64,000 nucleotides of DNA from Syntrophales bacterium (GCA_963668175.1 OY764159.1:2944001-3008000); one strand, 5' to 3'; counted from the first letter of the stretch, positions 10,113 to 21,298 are shown. Program-made: numbers and translations. The notes: generated by a model from the sequence alone, not told the origin.

Positions 10113-12872
10113 ATGAAAAACGAACAAGATAAGAGTTCGGACGTACGAATTGCGGGATTACGGAAAGATTCCGCGAATCTCGGCGAATCCTTAAAAATTC
10201 TCAGAAAAAAAGAGCGATTCCAAAACCTGATCCTGGACAATATCCAGGACCCCGTCCTGCTTCTGGACATGGATTTCCGCATCGTCTGGACGAACGCCTC
10301 CGCTTCCTCCGTATCCGGTTATACGAAACGCGATTTCGCGCGCCTCACCTTGGAAGACCTGATGCCCATCTCTTCCCTTGAACTCGCCCGGACGCTGATC
10401 GACTCGCATCTCTCGCCGGCGAACCTGGCCGATTGCGGCCTTACAGTCGAATTCAACTGCGACCTGCAGTTCTTCATGAAGAATAGTATCCTGCGATGGG
10501 GCCACACGCAGGTGAAGCTCCTCCGCGACCGGCGCGGCTTTCCCGTGAACCTGCTCTGCACGGTCCACGACATCACGTATCGCAAGCAGATCGAGGATGA
10601 ATTGTACGAAGGCAGGGAGCTTTTCGCCCATATCTTCGAACACTCGCCTCTGGCGATGAGCCTCACGGATCTCAACAGTCATCGAATCCTGAACGTCAAC
10701 GGAAAATTCCAGGAACTGACCGGTTATTCGTGGAACGAACTCGTCGGTCGAACGGCGTTCAATATCAAGCTGTGGGTGCACCCTGAAGAAAGGACCGCCC
10801 TGGTCGCCCGACTCCTTGCATACGGAAGCGTTCAGGATTTTCCCGCCTCCTTCCGCATCAAGGGAGGCGAGATACGGGAATGTCTCCTATCGGCCGAAAA
10901 ATCCGCAGTCGGCGGTCTTTCGGCCATGCTTGTGTCTTCCCTGGATGTGACGGAAAGCAGGCGGATGGAAGCCGCGCTCCGGGAAAGCGAGATGCGCTTC
11001 CGTTCCGTTTTCGATCAGGTGAAGGGCATCCCCATCCAGGGCTACGACAGGAACCGCGACGTGATCTACTGGAACAAAGCGAGCGAGGAGATATACGGTT
11101 ACACCGCCGCCGAGGCCCTGGGCCGGAAGCTGGAGGACCTGATCATCCCCGAGGCGATGCGGGAACAGGTGGTGAAAGACGTCCAGGCCTGGACGGAAGG
11201 AGGTCCGCCGATTCCGGCGGACGAACTCGTTTTACGGGACAAGAACGGCGACGACGTCCGCGTCTATTCGTCCCATGTGATGCTCACCAATCTCGGCGGG
11301 GACAAGGAGATGTTCTGCGTCGATGTGGATATGAAGGCCCTCTACCTGGCGGAGGAGGCGAAGCGCGAAAGCGAGGCTGCGGCCAGGGCCATCCTGAACG
11401 CGACGAAGGACGGCGTTGTCCTTCTCGATGCCAAAGGTACGATCCTCGACGGCAATCTCGCCCATGCCGAACGGCATCAATCCACGTCCGAGGCATTGAA
11501 AGGCCGGTGCCTTTGGACGTTTTACCCTCCGGACGTGGCCGAAAGAAGGCGAAAGTCGGTGGAGTCCGTCTTCCGCACCGGTCTTCCCGTCAAGCTCGAA
11601 GACGAGCGGGCGGGGCGCTGGTACAGTGCCTCCATCGAACCCGTCCTCGACGTGCAGGGGCGCGTCCAGAGCGTCGCCGTCTATGCCCAGGACATCACCG
11701 AGCGCAGGCAGATGAAAGAGCGCCTGGACCGCATGGAGAAGATGGAGTCCCTGGGCATGCTCGCCGGCGGCATCGCCCACGATCTCAACAATGTCCTGGG
11801 AATCCTCGTGGGCTACACGGAGATGCTCCTCGGCGACCTCCCGGAGGAAAGCCCGTTTCGCGAGCATATCGGGAACATCATGCAGAGCGGCGAACGGGCG
11901 GCGGCCGTCGTCCAGGACCTGCTGACCCTCGCCCGGCGCGGCGTTCACGCAAGAACCGTCTTGAATCTCAATGACATCGTGTCGTCGTGCTGCAAGACCA
12001 TCGAATTCGCGAAGCTTAATATCTGCCGGCCGGACATCCGGCTGGTGACGGAGCTTTCATCGGACCTCATGAACGTCGTCGGCTCCGCCGCCCACTTCGA
12101 GAAGATGCTGATGAACCTTATCCTGAACGCCTCGGAGGCGATGCCGGAAGGCGGCAGTCTGACCGTCAGGACCGGCAATCAACACTTCGACAACCCCTTC
12201 CGGGGCTACGACGAGATCATGGCGGGGGAATACGTCGTCCTGACCGTTTCCGACACGGGCATCGGCATATCGCCCGAGGACATGAAGCATATCTTCGAAC
12301 CGTTCTATACAAAGAAGGTCCTGGGCAGGAGCGGAACCGGGCTGGGACTTGCGGTGGTATGGGGCACGGTGAAGGACAACGGCGGCTATATCGACGTCGC
12401 CAGCGACCAAGGGGCCGGTACGACGTTCTCTCTCTATTTTCCCGTCACCCGGCAGGAGGCCGCCACGGGACAGGCATCCGTGCCGTTTGAGAAGTATATC
12501 GGGAAAGGCGAAACGATTCTCGTCGTGGACGACGAGGACGGCCAACGCCGTCTGGCGGCCCTGGCGCTGGCCAGGCTCAATTACAGGGTCGTGACGTCGC
12601 CGAGCGGCGAACGGGCGGTCGAATACCTGAAGAACAACAGCGTGCATCTCGTCATCCTGGACATGATCATGGACCCAGGAATGGACGGCCTCGACACCTA
12701 CCGGGAGATGATCAAGGTCCGTCCCGGCCAGCGGACGATTATCGTAAGCGGTTTTTCCGAGACGAAGCGCGTCTTCGAGGCGCAGGCACTCGGCGCAGGC
12801 CGATACGTAAGCAAGCCCTATCTCATGGAAAGGCTGGGTTTGGCCGTGAGAGAGGAGTTGGACAGGCCGTAA
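10113..12872 (+). CDS. Cytoplasmic multi-PAS hybrid sensor histidine kinase
   Basis: Four PAS/PAC repeats, H-box 'AGGIAHDLNN', HATPase 'DTGIGI...FEPFYT...GTGLGL', C-terminal receiver 'VVDDE...LDMIM...SKP'. Confidence 0.92.
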   Translation: MKNEQDKSSDVRIAGLRKDSANLGESLKILRKKERFQNLILDNIQDPVLLLDMDFRIVWTNASASSVSGYTKRDFARLTLEDLMPISSLELARTLIDSHLSPANLADCGLTVEFNCDLQFFMKNSILRWGHTQVKLLRDRRGFPVNLLCTVHDITYRKQIEDELYEGRELFAHIFEHSPLAMSLTDLNSHRILNVNGKFQELTGYSWNELVGRTAFNIKLWVHPEERTALVARLLAYGSVQDFPASFRIKGGEIRECLLSAEKSAVGGLSAMLVSSLDVTESRRMEAALRESEMRFRSVFDQVKGIPIQGYDRNRDVIYWNKASEEIYGYTAAEALGRKLEDLIIPEAMREQVVKDVQAWTEGGPPIPADELVLRDKNGDDVRVYSSHVMLTNLGGDKEMFCVDVDMKALYLAEEAKRESEAAARAILNATKDGVVLLDAKGTILDGNLAHAERHQSTSEALKGRCLWTFYPPDVAERRRKSVESVFRTGLPVKLEDERAGRWYSASIEPVLDVQGRVQSVAVYAQDITERRQMKERLDRMEKMESLGMLAGGIAHDLNNVLGILVGYTEMLLGDLPEESPFREHIGNIMQSGERAAAVVQDLLTLARRGVHARTVLNLNDIVSSCCKTIEFAKLNICRPDIRLVTELSSDLMNVVGSAAHFEKMLMNLILNASEAMPEGGSLTVRTGNQHFDNPFRGYDEIMAGEYVVLTVSDTGIGISPEDMKHIFEPFYTKKVLGRSGTGLGLAVVWGTVKDNGGYIDVASDQGAGTTFSLYFPVTRQEAATGQASVPFEKYIGKGETILVVDDEDGQRRLAALALARLNYRVVTSPSGERAVEYLKNNSVHLVILDMIMDPGMDGLDTYREMIKVRPGQRTIIVSGFSETKRVFEAQALGAGRYVSKPYLMERLGLAVREELDRP

Positions 12873-12899
12873 GTTCCGCGAGAACGGTCCCGTACAGGC

Positions 12900-13583
12900 C
12901 TACGAATACTCCCGGAGGTATCGCCGGATATACTGTTTGACCTGGTCTTTCGTCTGGAAAATCCCGAAATGCCCTTCGCAGAGGATGTCCGCTTCAAGCT
13001 CCAGGAGCTTCTCCATGGATGTCCGCCAGCGGGCCTGGTCCGAGCCGAAGGCCGCCATGAAGGGCCCGTGGATGTCCTGCCCGAAGAGGACCCTTTTGCC
13101 GCCCCGGTCCAGCCAGACAACCATCGAGCCCGGCGTGTGCCCCGGCGTATGCAGGCAGTGCAGTTCTTCCCCCTGAAAGACGAGAATCTCCTCGTCGCCC
13201 TTGAGCCTTCGGTCGATATTGGTCGGAGGAAAGTCCGTGTCGTACCAGTTGGCGGCCGTCCGCACGGGGTCGCCCCTTTCGACGGCGTCGGCGTCGAGGT
13301 CGTGCATCACGAGCTTGCAGCCGAACTGCTCCCGGAACCAGGGGGCCGAACCGATATGGTCGATATGGCAGTGGGTGAGGATCAGCGTGGAGATGGCGGA
13401 TGGAGAAAGGCCCAGCTTCTCGATATTCTTTTTGAGCAGCTGCGAACTGCCGCCGGCGCCGGCGTCGATCATGACGAGCTCGCCCGCAAAATCTATAATG
13501 AAGACCGTGGCGTCGTCGGAGCGCGAGATGCCCGGGCCGCCGACAATGTAGATGCCTTCCGCAATGGCTTCGGGCTTCGACAT
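12900..13583 (-). CDS. MBL-fold metallo-hydrolase
   Basis: THCHIDHIG, HTPGHTPG, LCEGH motifs. Confidence 0.9.
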   Translation of the reverse strand: MSKPEAIAEGIYIVGGPGISRSDDATVFIIDFAGELVMIDAGAGGSSQLLKKNIEKLGLSPSAISTLILTHCHIDHIGSAPWFREQFGCKLVMHDLDADAVERGDPVRTAANWYDTDFPPTNIDRRLKGDEEILVFQGEELHCLHTPGHTPGSMVVWLDRGGKRVLFGQDIHGPFMAAFGSDQARWRTSMEKLLELEADILCEGHFGIFQTKDQVKQYIRRYLREYS

Positions 13584-13587
13584 GGCG

Positions 13588-14511
13588 TTACCCCTCCCCT
13601 CTTTCCCTGAGCGTTCCGATCAGGTCGTTGATGTTTCCTATGCCGCGGTTCGCGCAGTAGGCCTCGATGCCGTCCAGGACCGCCATCGTCGCTGCGGGAT
13701 CGACGAGATTCGCCGTACCGACCTGCACGGCCCTGGCGCCGACGATGAGAAACTCGACGGCGTCCCTGGCATTCATGATGCCCCCGATGCCGATAACGGG
13801 GATGGAGACGGCCTTCGCCGTCTGCCAGACCATCCGCAGGGCGACGGGCTTGACGGCCGGACCCGAAAGCCCGCCCGTGATGTTTTGCAGATGAGGCACG
13901 CGTTTCTCGATATCGACGGACATCCCCGTGAGCGTGTTGATGAGGGAAACCGCGTCCGCCCCGGCGTCCTCGACGCTCTTCGCGATGACGGTTATATCCG
14001 TCACGTTCGGCGTCAGTTTGACGATGACGGGGAGGTCGGTGGATTGCTTCACGTTCCGCGTCACGTCGGCGGCCGTGTCCGGATCGGACCCGAAGCTGAT
14101 CCCGCCCTTCTTGACGTTGGGGCAGGAGATGTTGACTTCCAGGGCATGGACGCCGCCCGCGGCGCTGAGGGCTTCCGCCGTCAGGCGGTATTCCTCGACG
14201 GACTCCCCGAAGATGTTGGCGATGACCGGGCAGCTTAAGGTTCGCAGATACGGCAGCTTGTCGGCGATGAAGGCCTCGACGCCCACGTTCTGCAGGCCGA
14301 CGGCGTTGAGCATGCCGCCCGTCGTCTCCATGATGCGCGGCGGCGGGTTCCCCTCCCGGGGACGGAGCGAAAGGCCCTTCACGACGATGGCGCCGAGCCT
14401 GTTCAGATCGACGTACGGGGCGAACTCCCGGCCATAGCCGAATGTCCCCGAGGCCGTCATGACGGGATTCGCGAGCGTAAGCCCGCCTATCGTCACCTGC
14501 ATCCGTGTCAT
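13588..14511 (-). CDS. pyrD: Dihydroorotate dehydrogenase (family 1B) catalytic subunit
   Basis: '[11 protein letters not shown]', 'NISCPNV', '[10 protein letters not shown]', '[10 protein letters not shown]'; overlaps pyrK. Confidence 0.95.
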   Translation of the reverse strand: MTRMQVTIGGLTLANPVMTASGTFGYGREFAPYVDLNRLGAIVVKGLSLRPREGNPPPRIMETTGGMLNAVGLQNVGVEAFIADKLPYLRTLSCPVIANIFGESVEEYRLTAEALSAAGGVHALEVNISCPNVKKGGISFGSDPDTAADVTRNVKQSTDLPVIVKLTPNVTDITVIAKSVEDAGADAVSLINTLTGMSVDIEKRVPHLQNITGGLSGPAVKPVALRMVWQTAKAVSIPVIGIGGIMNARDAVEFLIVGARAVQVGTANLVDPAATMAVLDGIEAYCANRGIGNINDLIGTLRERGEG

Positions 14512-15434
14512 GATTCCCTGCCCCCTTGATCTCCGCCGCTCGTCGCCGTTCCCTCCGCAGGGCCGCAGCCGTTATCCGTTTCGCCGTTGTCCCAGACGAC
14601 GTCGCGGATGTCGAAGACCGGTCCTTCCTGGCAGGCCCTCTTGTAAACGGTCCCGCCTCCGGGGCCGGCGATCCGGACGGCGCAGCCGAGACAGGCGCCG
14701 ATGCCGCAGGCCATCCGTTCTTCGACGGATACCTGGCAGGGAATGTCAGTGTCCTTAAGAATATCCGCGACCGCCCGCATCATGGCCGTCGGGCCGCAGG
14801 CATAGATGGCCGTATCGTTTTCCCTATAGGCGGCGAGATCTTCGCGTAACATATCCGTCACGAGGCCGCAGCAGCCGCTGCTGCCGTCGTCGGTGCTGAT
14901 CTTTACGTCCGTGCAGTACATCCCCAGGCGCTCATGGCCTACGAGTTTGTCGCAGCATTGCGCCCCGAGGTAGCCCACGATTTTTCTTCCGGGGGCGTTT
15001 TTTTCGGGAGTGCTGTAATGAAAGGCGAGATACGTGAGGGGAACGATGCCTACGCCGCCCGCGACAAGGACGATGTTCTTCTTCCCGGGGGCCACGTCGA
15101 AACCGCGGCCGAGGGGCCCCAGTATTTGCAGCCTGTCCCCGTGTTTGAGCCTGCTTAACAGCGTCGTTCCCTTCCCGCAGACCCGGTACAGGAGGTCCAG
15201 GACGGCATGGCGGGGATTCCGGTGAAAACCGTAGACGCCGAGGGGCCTGCCCAGCATGGGATCGTGCCCGCCGGACGTCCGGACCATGACGAACTGGCCG
15301 GGAGTAGGTTCCGGAAAGGACAGGGGCAACTCCAGCGAGAGGAGAAAATGCTCCGCCGCCACTTCCCCGTTGGCGACAATCTCTCCGGTAACCTGGTGCG
15401 CGCTCGGATTCACAACCTCTACCCCCTCAGACAT
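14508..15434 (-). CDS. pyrK: Dihydroorotate dehydrogenase electron transfer subunit
   Basis: 'PGQFVM', 'GPLGRGF', 'AGGVGIVP', 'ACGP', 2Fe-2S motif '[11 protein letters not shown]...CQEGPVF'. Confidence 0.93.
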   Translation of the reverse strand: MSEGVEVVNPSAHQVTGEIVANGEVAAEHFLLSLELPLSFPEPTPGQFVMVRTSGGHDPMLGRPLGVYGFHRNPRHAVLDLLYRVCGKGTTLLSRLKHGDRLQILGPLGRGFDVAPGKKNIVLVAGGVGIVPLTYLAFHYSTPEKNAPGRKIVGYLGAQCCDKLVGHERLGMYCTDVKISTDDGSSGCCGLVTDMLREDLAAYRENDTAIYACGPTAMMRAVADILKDTDIPCQVSVEERMACGIGACLGCAVRIAGPGGGTVYKRACQEGPVFDIRDVVWDNGETDNGCGPAEGTATSGGDQGGRES

Positions 15435-15457
15435 CGGCGACGGTCAAGACATCCGGT

Positions 15458-15919
15458 TTAAAGGTCCCTGCCCATCAGCAGGGCGTCGTCCCCGTCGTCA
15501 TAGTATTTCCGGCGGACTCCTTGTACCACAAAACCGTTTTTGACGTAAAGGGCAATAGCGCCTTCGTTTTGGGAACGGACTTCTAGCGTCGCCGCCGTCG
15601 CGCCTTCGCTGACGGAAATGTCCCGGAGGGCGGCGAGGAGCCCGGAAGCAACGCCGCGATCCCGGAAATCCCTTTGGACAAAGATATTCTGGATCTGGGC
15701 CTCGCCGGCGACAAGCCAGAAGCCGAGGTAGCCGATGACCTTTTCTCCCGACACGGCAACGAGGTTTCGCGCCAGGGGCATCTGCAGTTCGCCCTTGATG
15801 ATATCCGGCGACCACGGGTGAAAAGAGGCTTCCCGCTCGATGGCGGCCACCGCCGGAAGATCGTCGGCCGTCATGGCTCTGATGGAGAATTCGGGGGACG
15901 ACGGCGGATTACGATCCAT
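15458..15919 (-). CDS. rimI: Ribosomal protein S18-alanine N-acetyltransferase
   Basis: GNAT fold; 'LEVRSQNEGAIALY', 'RRKYY...DALLM'. Confidence 0.85.
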   Translation of the reverse strand: MDRNPPSSPEFSIRAMTADDLPAVAAIEREASFHPWSPDIIKGELQMPLARNLVAVSGEKVIGYLGFWLVAGEAQIQNIFVQRDFRDRGVASGLLAALRDISVSEGATAATLEVRSQNEGAIALYVKNGFVVQGVRRKYYDDGDDALLMGRDL

Positions 15920-16610
15920 GCAGCCATTCCCATACGATGACCAGGATGAGGAAGGCCCCGGAGAAGACGGGGATCAGGCCCCGGTGATTGATCGTGTTCA
16001 GGGCGACGGCGATGCCGACCAGGGGAAAAGCGTAATAGCCCCATGTGAGCGCCCTGACGGCGAACGGCGGAAGCGCCGGGTAGAGTGTAAGCGCCAGAGC
16101 CAATCCGGCCAGCGTGAGAACGAGGATCAATGCGGCCGAAACGACGGCATAGCGGAAAATAGCGAAGAGATGCTTGCCGGCGATACCCTTGAGGTCGGCC
16201 TCCGCGGCGTCTCTTTCGGCGGCCTTGGAGAGGACGTCGTTGCTGCTGACGATCCAGGCGTCGACGGCCTGCGTCAGGAATCCCGCAGGAACAAGGACAA
16301 GGATGGAAAATGCCGCGAGTCCGTGGGACGCTTTCCCCGGTGCGGCCATGACGGCCGCAGCGGCCGCGGCCACGGCGATGATGGTTTCGTTGGGAGGGAC
16401 ATACGTCCCGACGGGAAGGCGGTCCAGCCACAGAAGTTCGATGACGGCGCCGATGTAAAGGCCGGTATACGCATCTCCTCCGCACAGGCCGACAAGGGTC
16501 CCCGCGACGACGGGCCGCGAGATCATCGCCTGCAGTACGACCCTGTCCAGGCACAGGAGTCCGCCCACTCCGGATACGATAAGCGCTTTTGTCAGCAACT
16601 GCGGAAACAT
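15909..16610 (-). CDS. PTS mannose/fructose/sorbose family IIC component
   Basis: 'MISRPVVAGTLVG', 'GLYIGAVIELLWL...PVGTYVPPNET'; hydrophobic. Confidence 0.85.
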   Translation of the reverse strand: MFPQLLTKALIVSGVGGLLCLDRVVLQAMISRPVVAGTLVGLCGGDAYTGLYIGAVIELLWLDRLPVGTYVPPNETIIAVAAAAAAVMAAPGKASHGLAAFSILVLVPAGFLTQAVDAWIVSSNDVLSKAAERDAAEADLKGIAGKHLFAIFRYAVVSAALILVLTLAGLALALTLYPALPPFAVRALTWGYYAFPLVGIAVALNTINHRGLIPVFSGAFLILVIVWEWLHGS

Positions 16611-16616
16611 GGGTTG

Positions 16617-17114
16617 TCAGGAAATGTTTTGCGGCCCTGCGGCCGGAAGGACTTCCGTAACGTTCATCGGCTTTTCCCTCGGGATTCGCTGCAATTCCAC
16701 CTTGACGCCGGCGGCGACCAGATACCGGATGCTTTCGATGTCCGTCGTACCCAGGAGGACGGACGGCGAACATTCCTTGACGCAGTCCTCGTTATGGACA
16801 TTGCCGATATTGAGATGCTCGAATGTGAAGCCGTTCTTGTAGCAGGTGACCGCATCGGCGACCTCCGAGAAGAGGATGATCGTCCGTTTGCCCTGCTTGC
16901 TCTGCAGATAATACCGAGTGAAATCCTCGACGCTCGTGATGACGACGTCGATTTCCCTGGGTACGGCCATCTTGATGACGGTTTCGCGGAAGAAGTCGCT
17001 CGCGACGTGGTCGTCGACGACGATGATACAGCCTGCCTGGCAGTATGGGACCCAGGCTTCGAGAATCTGGCCGTGAACAAGTCTGTTATCGACTCTTACT
17101 AGGGCAATATCCAT
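16617..17114 (-). CDS. PTS mannose family IIB component
   Basis: 'RVDNRLVHGQ' phospho-His motif; 'LNIGNVH'. Confidence 0.9.
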   Translation of the reverse strand: MDIALVRVDNRLVHGQILEAWVPYCQAGCIIVVDDHVASDFFRETVIKMAVPREIDVVITSVEDFTRYYLQSKQGKRTIILFSEVADAVTCYKNGFTFEHLNIGNVHNEDCVKECSPSVLLGTTDIESIRYLVAAGVKVELQRIPREKPMNVTEVLPAAGPQNIS

Positions 17115-17199
17115 AAGTGCCAACCGGTTGACGGCCAAGATTCGGGATCATGATCGCAGGATTCACTCTCGGTTTTGCGTCCGAAGAACGCGATGGCGG

Positions 17200-17613
17200 T
17201 TATTCCGGTACCTTTTTCTTTAAAATCTCACTCGCCACGGAGATGTTTTTCTTGCCGTAATCCTTGATAACACAGGAAAATTCCTGCAAGGTCATGGATG
17301 TCCTTATATCGTCCGTCAATTTGAGCAGCATGGGCAGGTTGACGCCGGTGACCACTTCCACCTTCCCTTCTTTCAGGAAGGAAAGGGAGATATTGGACGG
17401 GGTGCCGCCGAAGAGATCCGTTAGAATGAGAACGCCTTTCCCGTGGTCCAGTTTCTTGATCGCGGTGCTGATCTCTTTCTTCAATTCTTCCAAGCCCTTC
17501 GACTGATCGACGGAAACATGGATCAAACCCTTGATATTGCCTTTGATAAGCTCGGCGGCGCGGATCAGTTCGTTGCCGAGATTTCCGTGGGTTGTTATGA
17601 GGACCCCGATCAT
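17200..17613 (-). CDS. PTS mannose family IIA component
   Basis: 'ITTHG', 'LTDLFGGTPSN', 'GVNLPML'. Confidence 0.92.
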   Translation of the reverse strand: MIGVLITTHGNLGNELIRAAELIKGNIKGLIHVSVDQSKGLEELKKEISTAIKKLDHGKGVLILTDLFGGTPSNISLSFLKEGKVEVVTGVNLPMLLKLTDDIRTSMTLQEFSCVIKDYGKKNISVASEILKKKVPE

Positions 17614-17766
17614 ATTGCCACTCCGGATACGCGAATATAGGCGGCTACGCTAAATGATTGCCGTGTAATTGTCAAGGTTTTATAAAAAGGCGAAAACACC
17701 CTTGACAGGCGGCGTCAAATCATCCTAAATGCCCGGTGACAAAAACATCTCAAGGAGAAATGCGAC

Positions 17767-19122
17767 GTGAATCCTGAGGTATTCCGGGAATATGATGTAC
17801 GGGGTGTCGTGGACAAGGACCTGGATGAAAACTTTGTCCGCCAGCTGGGCAGGGCCATCGGCACCATGGCCGCCGAAAAGAACATTCGCACACTGACGGT
17901 GGGAAGAGACTGCCGTCTCAGTTCCGAAAATTACCGCAACGCCCTGGTCAAGGGGCTTCTTGAGTCGGGCATCCACGTGATCGATATCGGCCTCTGCGCC
18001 ACGCCCATGCTCTATTTTTCCATCCGCTATCTCCATGCGGGAGGCGGCGTCATGATTACCGGCAGTCATAACCCGCCGGAATTCAACGGTTTCAAAATAT
18101 GCATCGGCCCGGACACGATCTACGGTCTCGACATCCAGGAACTGCGTACCATCATGGAAAGATCGGCCTTCATCGCCGGCAGCGGGAAGCTGTCGCAGTT
18201 GGATGTCTCCCCGGCTTACGCGGACTATCTCTTCGACAGCGTCAGGATCAAGAAAGGCATCAAGGTCGTCGTCGACGGCGGCAACGGCGTCGGCGGACAT
18301 TTTGCCGTACCGCTCCTCAAGCGGTTCGGCTGCCGCGTCACGGACGTGTATTGCGACCCCGACGGCCGTTTTCCCAACCACTTTCCCGACCCCACCATCC
18401 CGGAGAATCTCGAAACCCTGATCGAACTTGTCAGAAAGGAAGAAGCGGACATCGGCATCGCCTACGACGGAGACGCCGACCGCATCGGCGCCGTCACCGA
18501 CAACGGCACGATCCTCTGGGGCGACGAACTGCTCCTGCTCTTCTCCCGTTTCATTCTCAAGGAATCGCCGGGAGCGGCGATCATCGGCGAGGTGAAATGC
18601 TCGCAGAAACTCTACGACGACATCGCAAAGAACGGCGGCAGGCCGATCATGTGGAAGGCCGGCCATTCCCTCATCAAGGGCAAGATGAAGGAAGAAAAGG
18701 CGCTGCTCGCCGGGGAGATGAGCGGCCATATCTTCTTTGCGGACCGCTACTTCGGCTACGACGACGCCATCTACGCGTCCCTTCGCCTCCTTGAAATCGT
18801 TTCCGGCTCGGATCTTGCGCTGAGCGACATCCTGGCCGACGTGCCGAAAACGTTTACGACACCGGAAATCCGGATCGACTGTCCCGACGCCTTGAAATTC
18901 AAGGTCGTCGAGATCGCCCGCGCCCATTTCCGCGAGACATTCCGGATCATCGATATCGACGGCGTCCGTGTCCTTTTCGACGACGGATGGGGATTGATCC
19001 GCTCGTCGAATACCCAGCCCGTCTTGGTCCTCCGTTTCGAGGCGGCCTCGCCGGAGCGGCTTACCGCCATCCGCCGGCAGATCGAGGCGGTCCTCAAGGA
19101 CATCATGGCCAACATACATTAA
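17767..19122 (+). CDS. Phosphomannomutase/phosphoglucomutase (AlgC-like)
   Basis: 'FREYDVRG', 'TGSHNP', 'DGDADR', 'GEMSGH', 'RSSNTQP'. Confidence 0.93.
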   Translation: MNPEVFREYDVRGVVDKDLDENFVRQLGRAIGTMAAEKNIRTLTVGRDCRLSSENYRNALVKGLLESGIHVIDIGLCATPMLYFSIRYLHAGGGVMITGSHNPPEFNGFKICIGPDTIYGLDIQELRTIMERSAFIAGSGKLSQLDVSPAYADYLFDSVRIKKGIKVVVDGGNGVGGHFAVPLLKRFGCRVTDVYCDPDGRFPNHFPDPTIPENLETLIELVRKEEADIGIAYDGDADRIGAVTDNGTILWGDELLLLFSRFILKESPGAAIIGEVKCSQKLYDDIAKNGGRPIMWKAGHSLIKGKMKEEKALLAGEMSGHIFFADRYFGYDDAIYASLRLLEIVSGSDLALSDILADVPKTFTTPEIRIDCPDALKFKVVEIARAHFRETFRIIDIDGVRVLFDDGWGLIRSSNTQPVLVLRFEAASPERLTAIRRQIEAVLKDIMANIH

Positions 19123-19193
19123 ATCTTTTTATACCGGAGATCGGTTTCGCGGCGGCCCGGGTGGACCGGCTGCCGGTCTTTCCTCTCTGAAAC

Positions 19194-19240
19194 GAAAAAG
19201 CCGCAGCCTGACGTGAACGTCGGCTGCGGCTTTCTTATTT
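19194..19240. terminator. Bidirectional intrinsic terminator between PMM/PGM and ferritin
   Basis: AAAGCCGCAGCC...GGCTGCGGCTTT inverted repeat with A/T tails between convergent genes. Confidence 0.75.
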
Positions 19241-19275
19241 ACTGTCCGCTTTGTAGTGTTACGGCGGAGTCAAAA

Positions 19276-19812
19276 TCAATTGACGAGGTTGTAGGCGGCG
19301 GGATCGAGGGGCGATCCGGCCACGAAGACACGGGCCCCGAGTTCGCGGTCCAGCATGAAGAGCCCTTCCTTGCTTGTGCCGACCATCTCCAGCTGCCGGA
19401 GAATCTTTTCCGCCGTCGCTTCCTCTTCGACCTGCTCCTTTGCAAACCAGGCGAGGAGCGGTTCCGCGGCAAAGTCGCCCTCTTCCCTCGCCAGTTTTAC
19501 GAGGGCGTGGATCTTGCCCGTGATGAACTGCTCGTGGGCCAGCGTATCCTTCCAGGCTTCCTGGATCGATTTCCAGGTCGGTTTGAGCTGTTTCAAGTCC
19601 AGGAGCTTTACCGTCCCGCCCCGGTCGTTGATGTGGTCGAAGAACTTCATGGCGTGGATCATCTCTTCGTGGGCCTGGCACCTCATCCAGTGCGCCATGC
19701 CGTCCATATTCTTCGAACTGAAATAGGCGACCATGGACATGTAGATATAGAACGATTCCATTTCGTGTTTGATCTGGACGTTTATGGCCTCGTACATTTT
19801 CTTTCCGATCAT
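19276..19812 (-). CDS. ftn: Non-heme ferritin
   Basis: 'EMESFYIY', 'QAHEEMIHAMK', 'HEQFIT', 'WFAKEQVEEE' ferroxidase residues. Confidence 0.92.
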   Translation of the reverse strand: MIGKKMYEAINVQIKHEMESFYIYMSMVAYFSSKNMDGMAHWMRCQAHEEMIHAMKFFDHINDRGGTVKLLDLKQLKPTWKSIQEAWKDTLAHEQFITGKIHALVKLAREEGDFAAEPLLAWFAKEQVEEEATAEKILRQLEMVGTSKEGLFMLDRELGARVFVAGSPLDPAAYNLVN

Positions 19813-19914
19813 TTTTCTATGCCTCCTTTATCATCCGTAAATCCGGTAAAGTTCAATTCCTCTTCGACGGCGGCCCCGGGAGGCCGCCCTTCCTTACGCG
19901 AAAAAAAAACGCCT

Positions 19915-20538
19915 TCATCCTGAAGGCGGATTGTCCTTCATGATTACTTCCCTGTAAAACCTGTGGAAATACGCTATGCCCGAATAGACGGACAGCAAAA
20001 GGGAGATATAGAGCATCACCATGCCGACGACGTGGGCATCCGCCCCGAGAAACGGGTAGTGGATGATCAGGGCCGCAACGGCGAATCCCTGGGCGATGGT
20101 CTTCTGCTTGCCCAGGCGGCTGGCCTCTATGACGATGCCCTCGGCGGAGGAGATTGTCCGGATGCCGTCCACGATCAGGTCGCGTATTACGAATACGGCC
20201 ACGATCCAGGCCGGAACGCGGCCGATGGGGATCATCATGATCATGGCCGTGTTGATGATGAGCTTGTCCGCCAGGGGATCGAGGTACTTGCCCATCGTCG
20301 TGACGATCTCGTAACGCCTCGCAATATAACCGTCGAGAAAATCCGTCAGGGCGGCGACGATGAAGAAGAAGGCGATGATGAGGCTGCCCACCTCTTCCGG
20401 CGGCAGAAGGAGGAAGAACAGGGCAGGCACGACCAGCATGCGGACCATCGTGATCGAGTTGGGCAGGTTGAACACTTTCCTGCTCTTCTCGGCGATGGGC
20501 AGCCGGTCGAAAGATCTTTTCATGTAGTCGATGAGCAT
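19915..20538 (-). CDS. pgsA: CDP-diacylglycerol--glycerol-3-phosphate 3-phosphatidyltransferase
   Basis: 'NLPNSIT..R', 'TDFLDGYIARR...GKYLDPLADK', 'GKQKT'; start uncertain (20523-20556). Confidence 0.9.
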   Translation of the reverse strand: MLIDYMKRSFDRLPIAEKSRKVFNLPNSITMVRMLVVPALFFLLLPPEEVGSLIIAFFFIVAALTDFLDGYIARRYEIVTTMGKYLDPLADKLIINTAMIMMIPIGRVPAWIVAVFVIRDLIVDGIRTISSAEGIVIEASRLGKQKTIAQGFAVAALIIHYPFLGADAHVVGMVMLYISLLLSVYSGIAYFHRFYREVIMKDNPPSG

Positions 20539-20650
20539 AGTGGTCATTCGCCGCACGGAACATTCAACGCAGCCGCATCACGCACCGCCGGTGTCGTCTC
20601 GGGGGATCCGTTTCCGGATGCGGCCGGAAACATCAGGCTGGCCCAGGGGC

Positions 20651-21298
20651 CTACTTCTTCGGGACTTTTTTCCAGTCGGCCAGAAAGGCTTCGATTCCCT
20701 TGTCGGTCAGGGGATGCTTCGCCAGCTGGGCGATTACCTTGAATGGGATCGTGGCGATATCGGCCCCCATCATGGCCGCTTCCAGGACATGGAGCGGATG
20801 GCGGACGCTGGCGACGATGACCTCCGTCTCGAAACCGTAATTGTCGAAGATCGTGATGATCTGGTCGACGAGTTCGAGGCCGTCGTGGGAGACGTCGTCG
20901 AGGCGGCCGACAAAGGGGCTTACGTAGGCGGCGCCAACCTTGGCGGCCATCAGGGCCTGGAGCGGCGAAAAGATCAGGGTCTGGTTCACGCGGATGCCCT
21001 CCGCCGCAAGCAGGCGCGTGGCTTTGAGGCCTTCCGTCGTCAGGGGGACCTTGACGACGACGTTGGAACCGAGCTTGGCCAGCTTTTTCCCTTCCCTGAA
21101 AATCCCCGAAGTATCGAGACTGACGGCTTCGAGGCTCACGGGACCGTCGACGATCGCGAGGATCTCCTTGATGATCTCGTCGAATCCCTTCTTCTCCTTG
21201 GCGACCAGCGTCGGATTCGTCGTTACGCCGTCCACCATGCCCAGGCTGATGCCTTCCTTGATTTCGTCAATGTTGGCCGTGTCGATGAAAAATTTCAT
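20651..21298 (-). CDS. tal: Transaldolase / fructose-6-phosphate aldolase (FSA family)
   Basis: 'FFIDTAN', 'GVTTNP', '[11 protein letters not shown]', 'HPLTDKG'. Confidence 0.93.
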   Translation of the reverse strand: MKFFIDTANIDEIKEGISLGMVDGVTTNPTLVAKEKKGFDEIIKEILAIVDGPVSLEAVSLDTSGIFREGKKLAKLGSNVVVKVPLTTEGLKATRLLAAEGIRVNQTLIFSPLQALMAAKVGAAYVSPFVGRLDDVSHDGLELVDQIITIFDNYGFETEVIVASVRHPLHVLEAAMMGADIATIPFKVIAQLAKHPLTDKGIEAFLADWKKVPKK

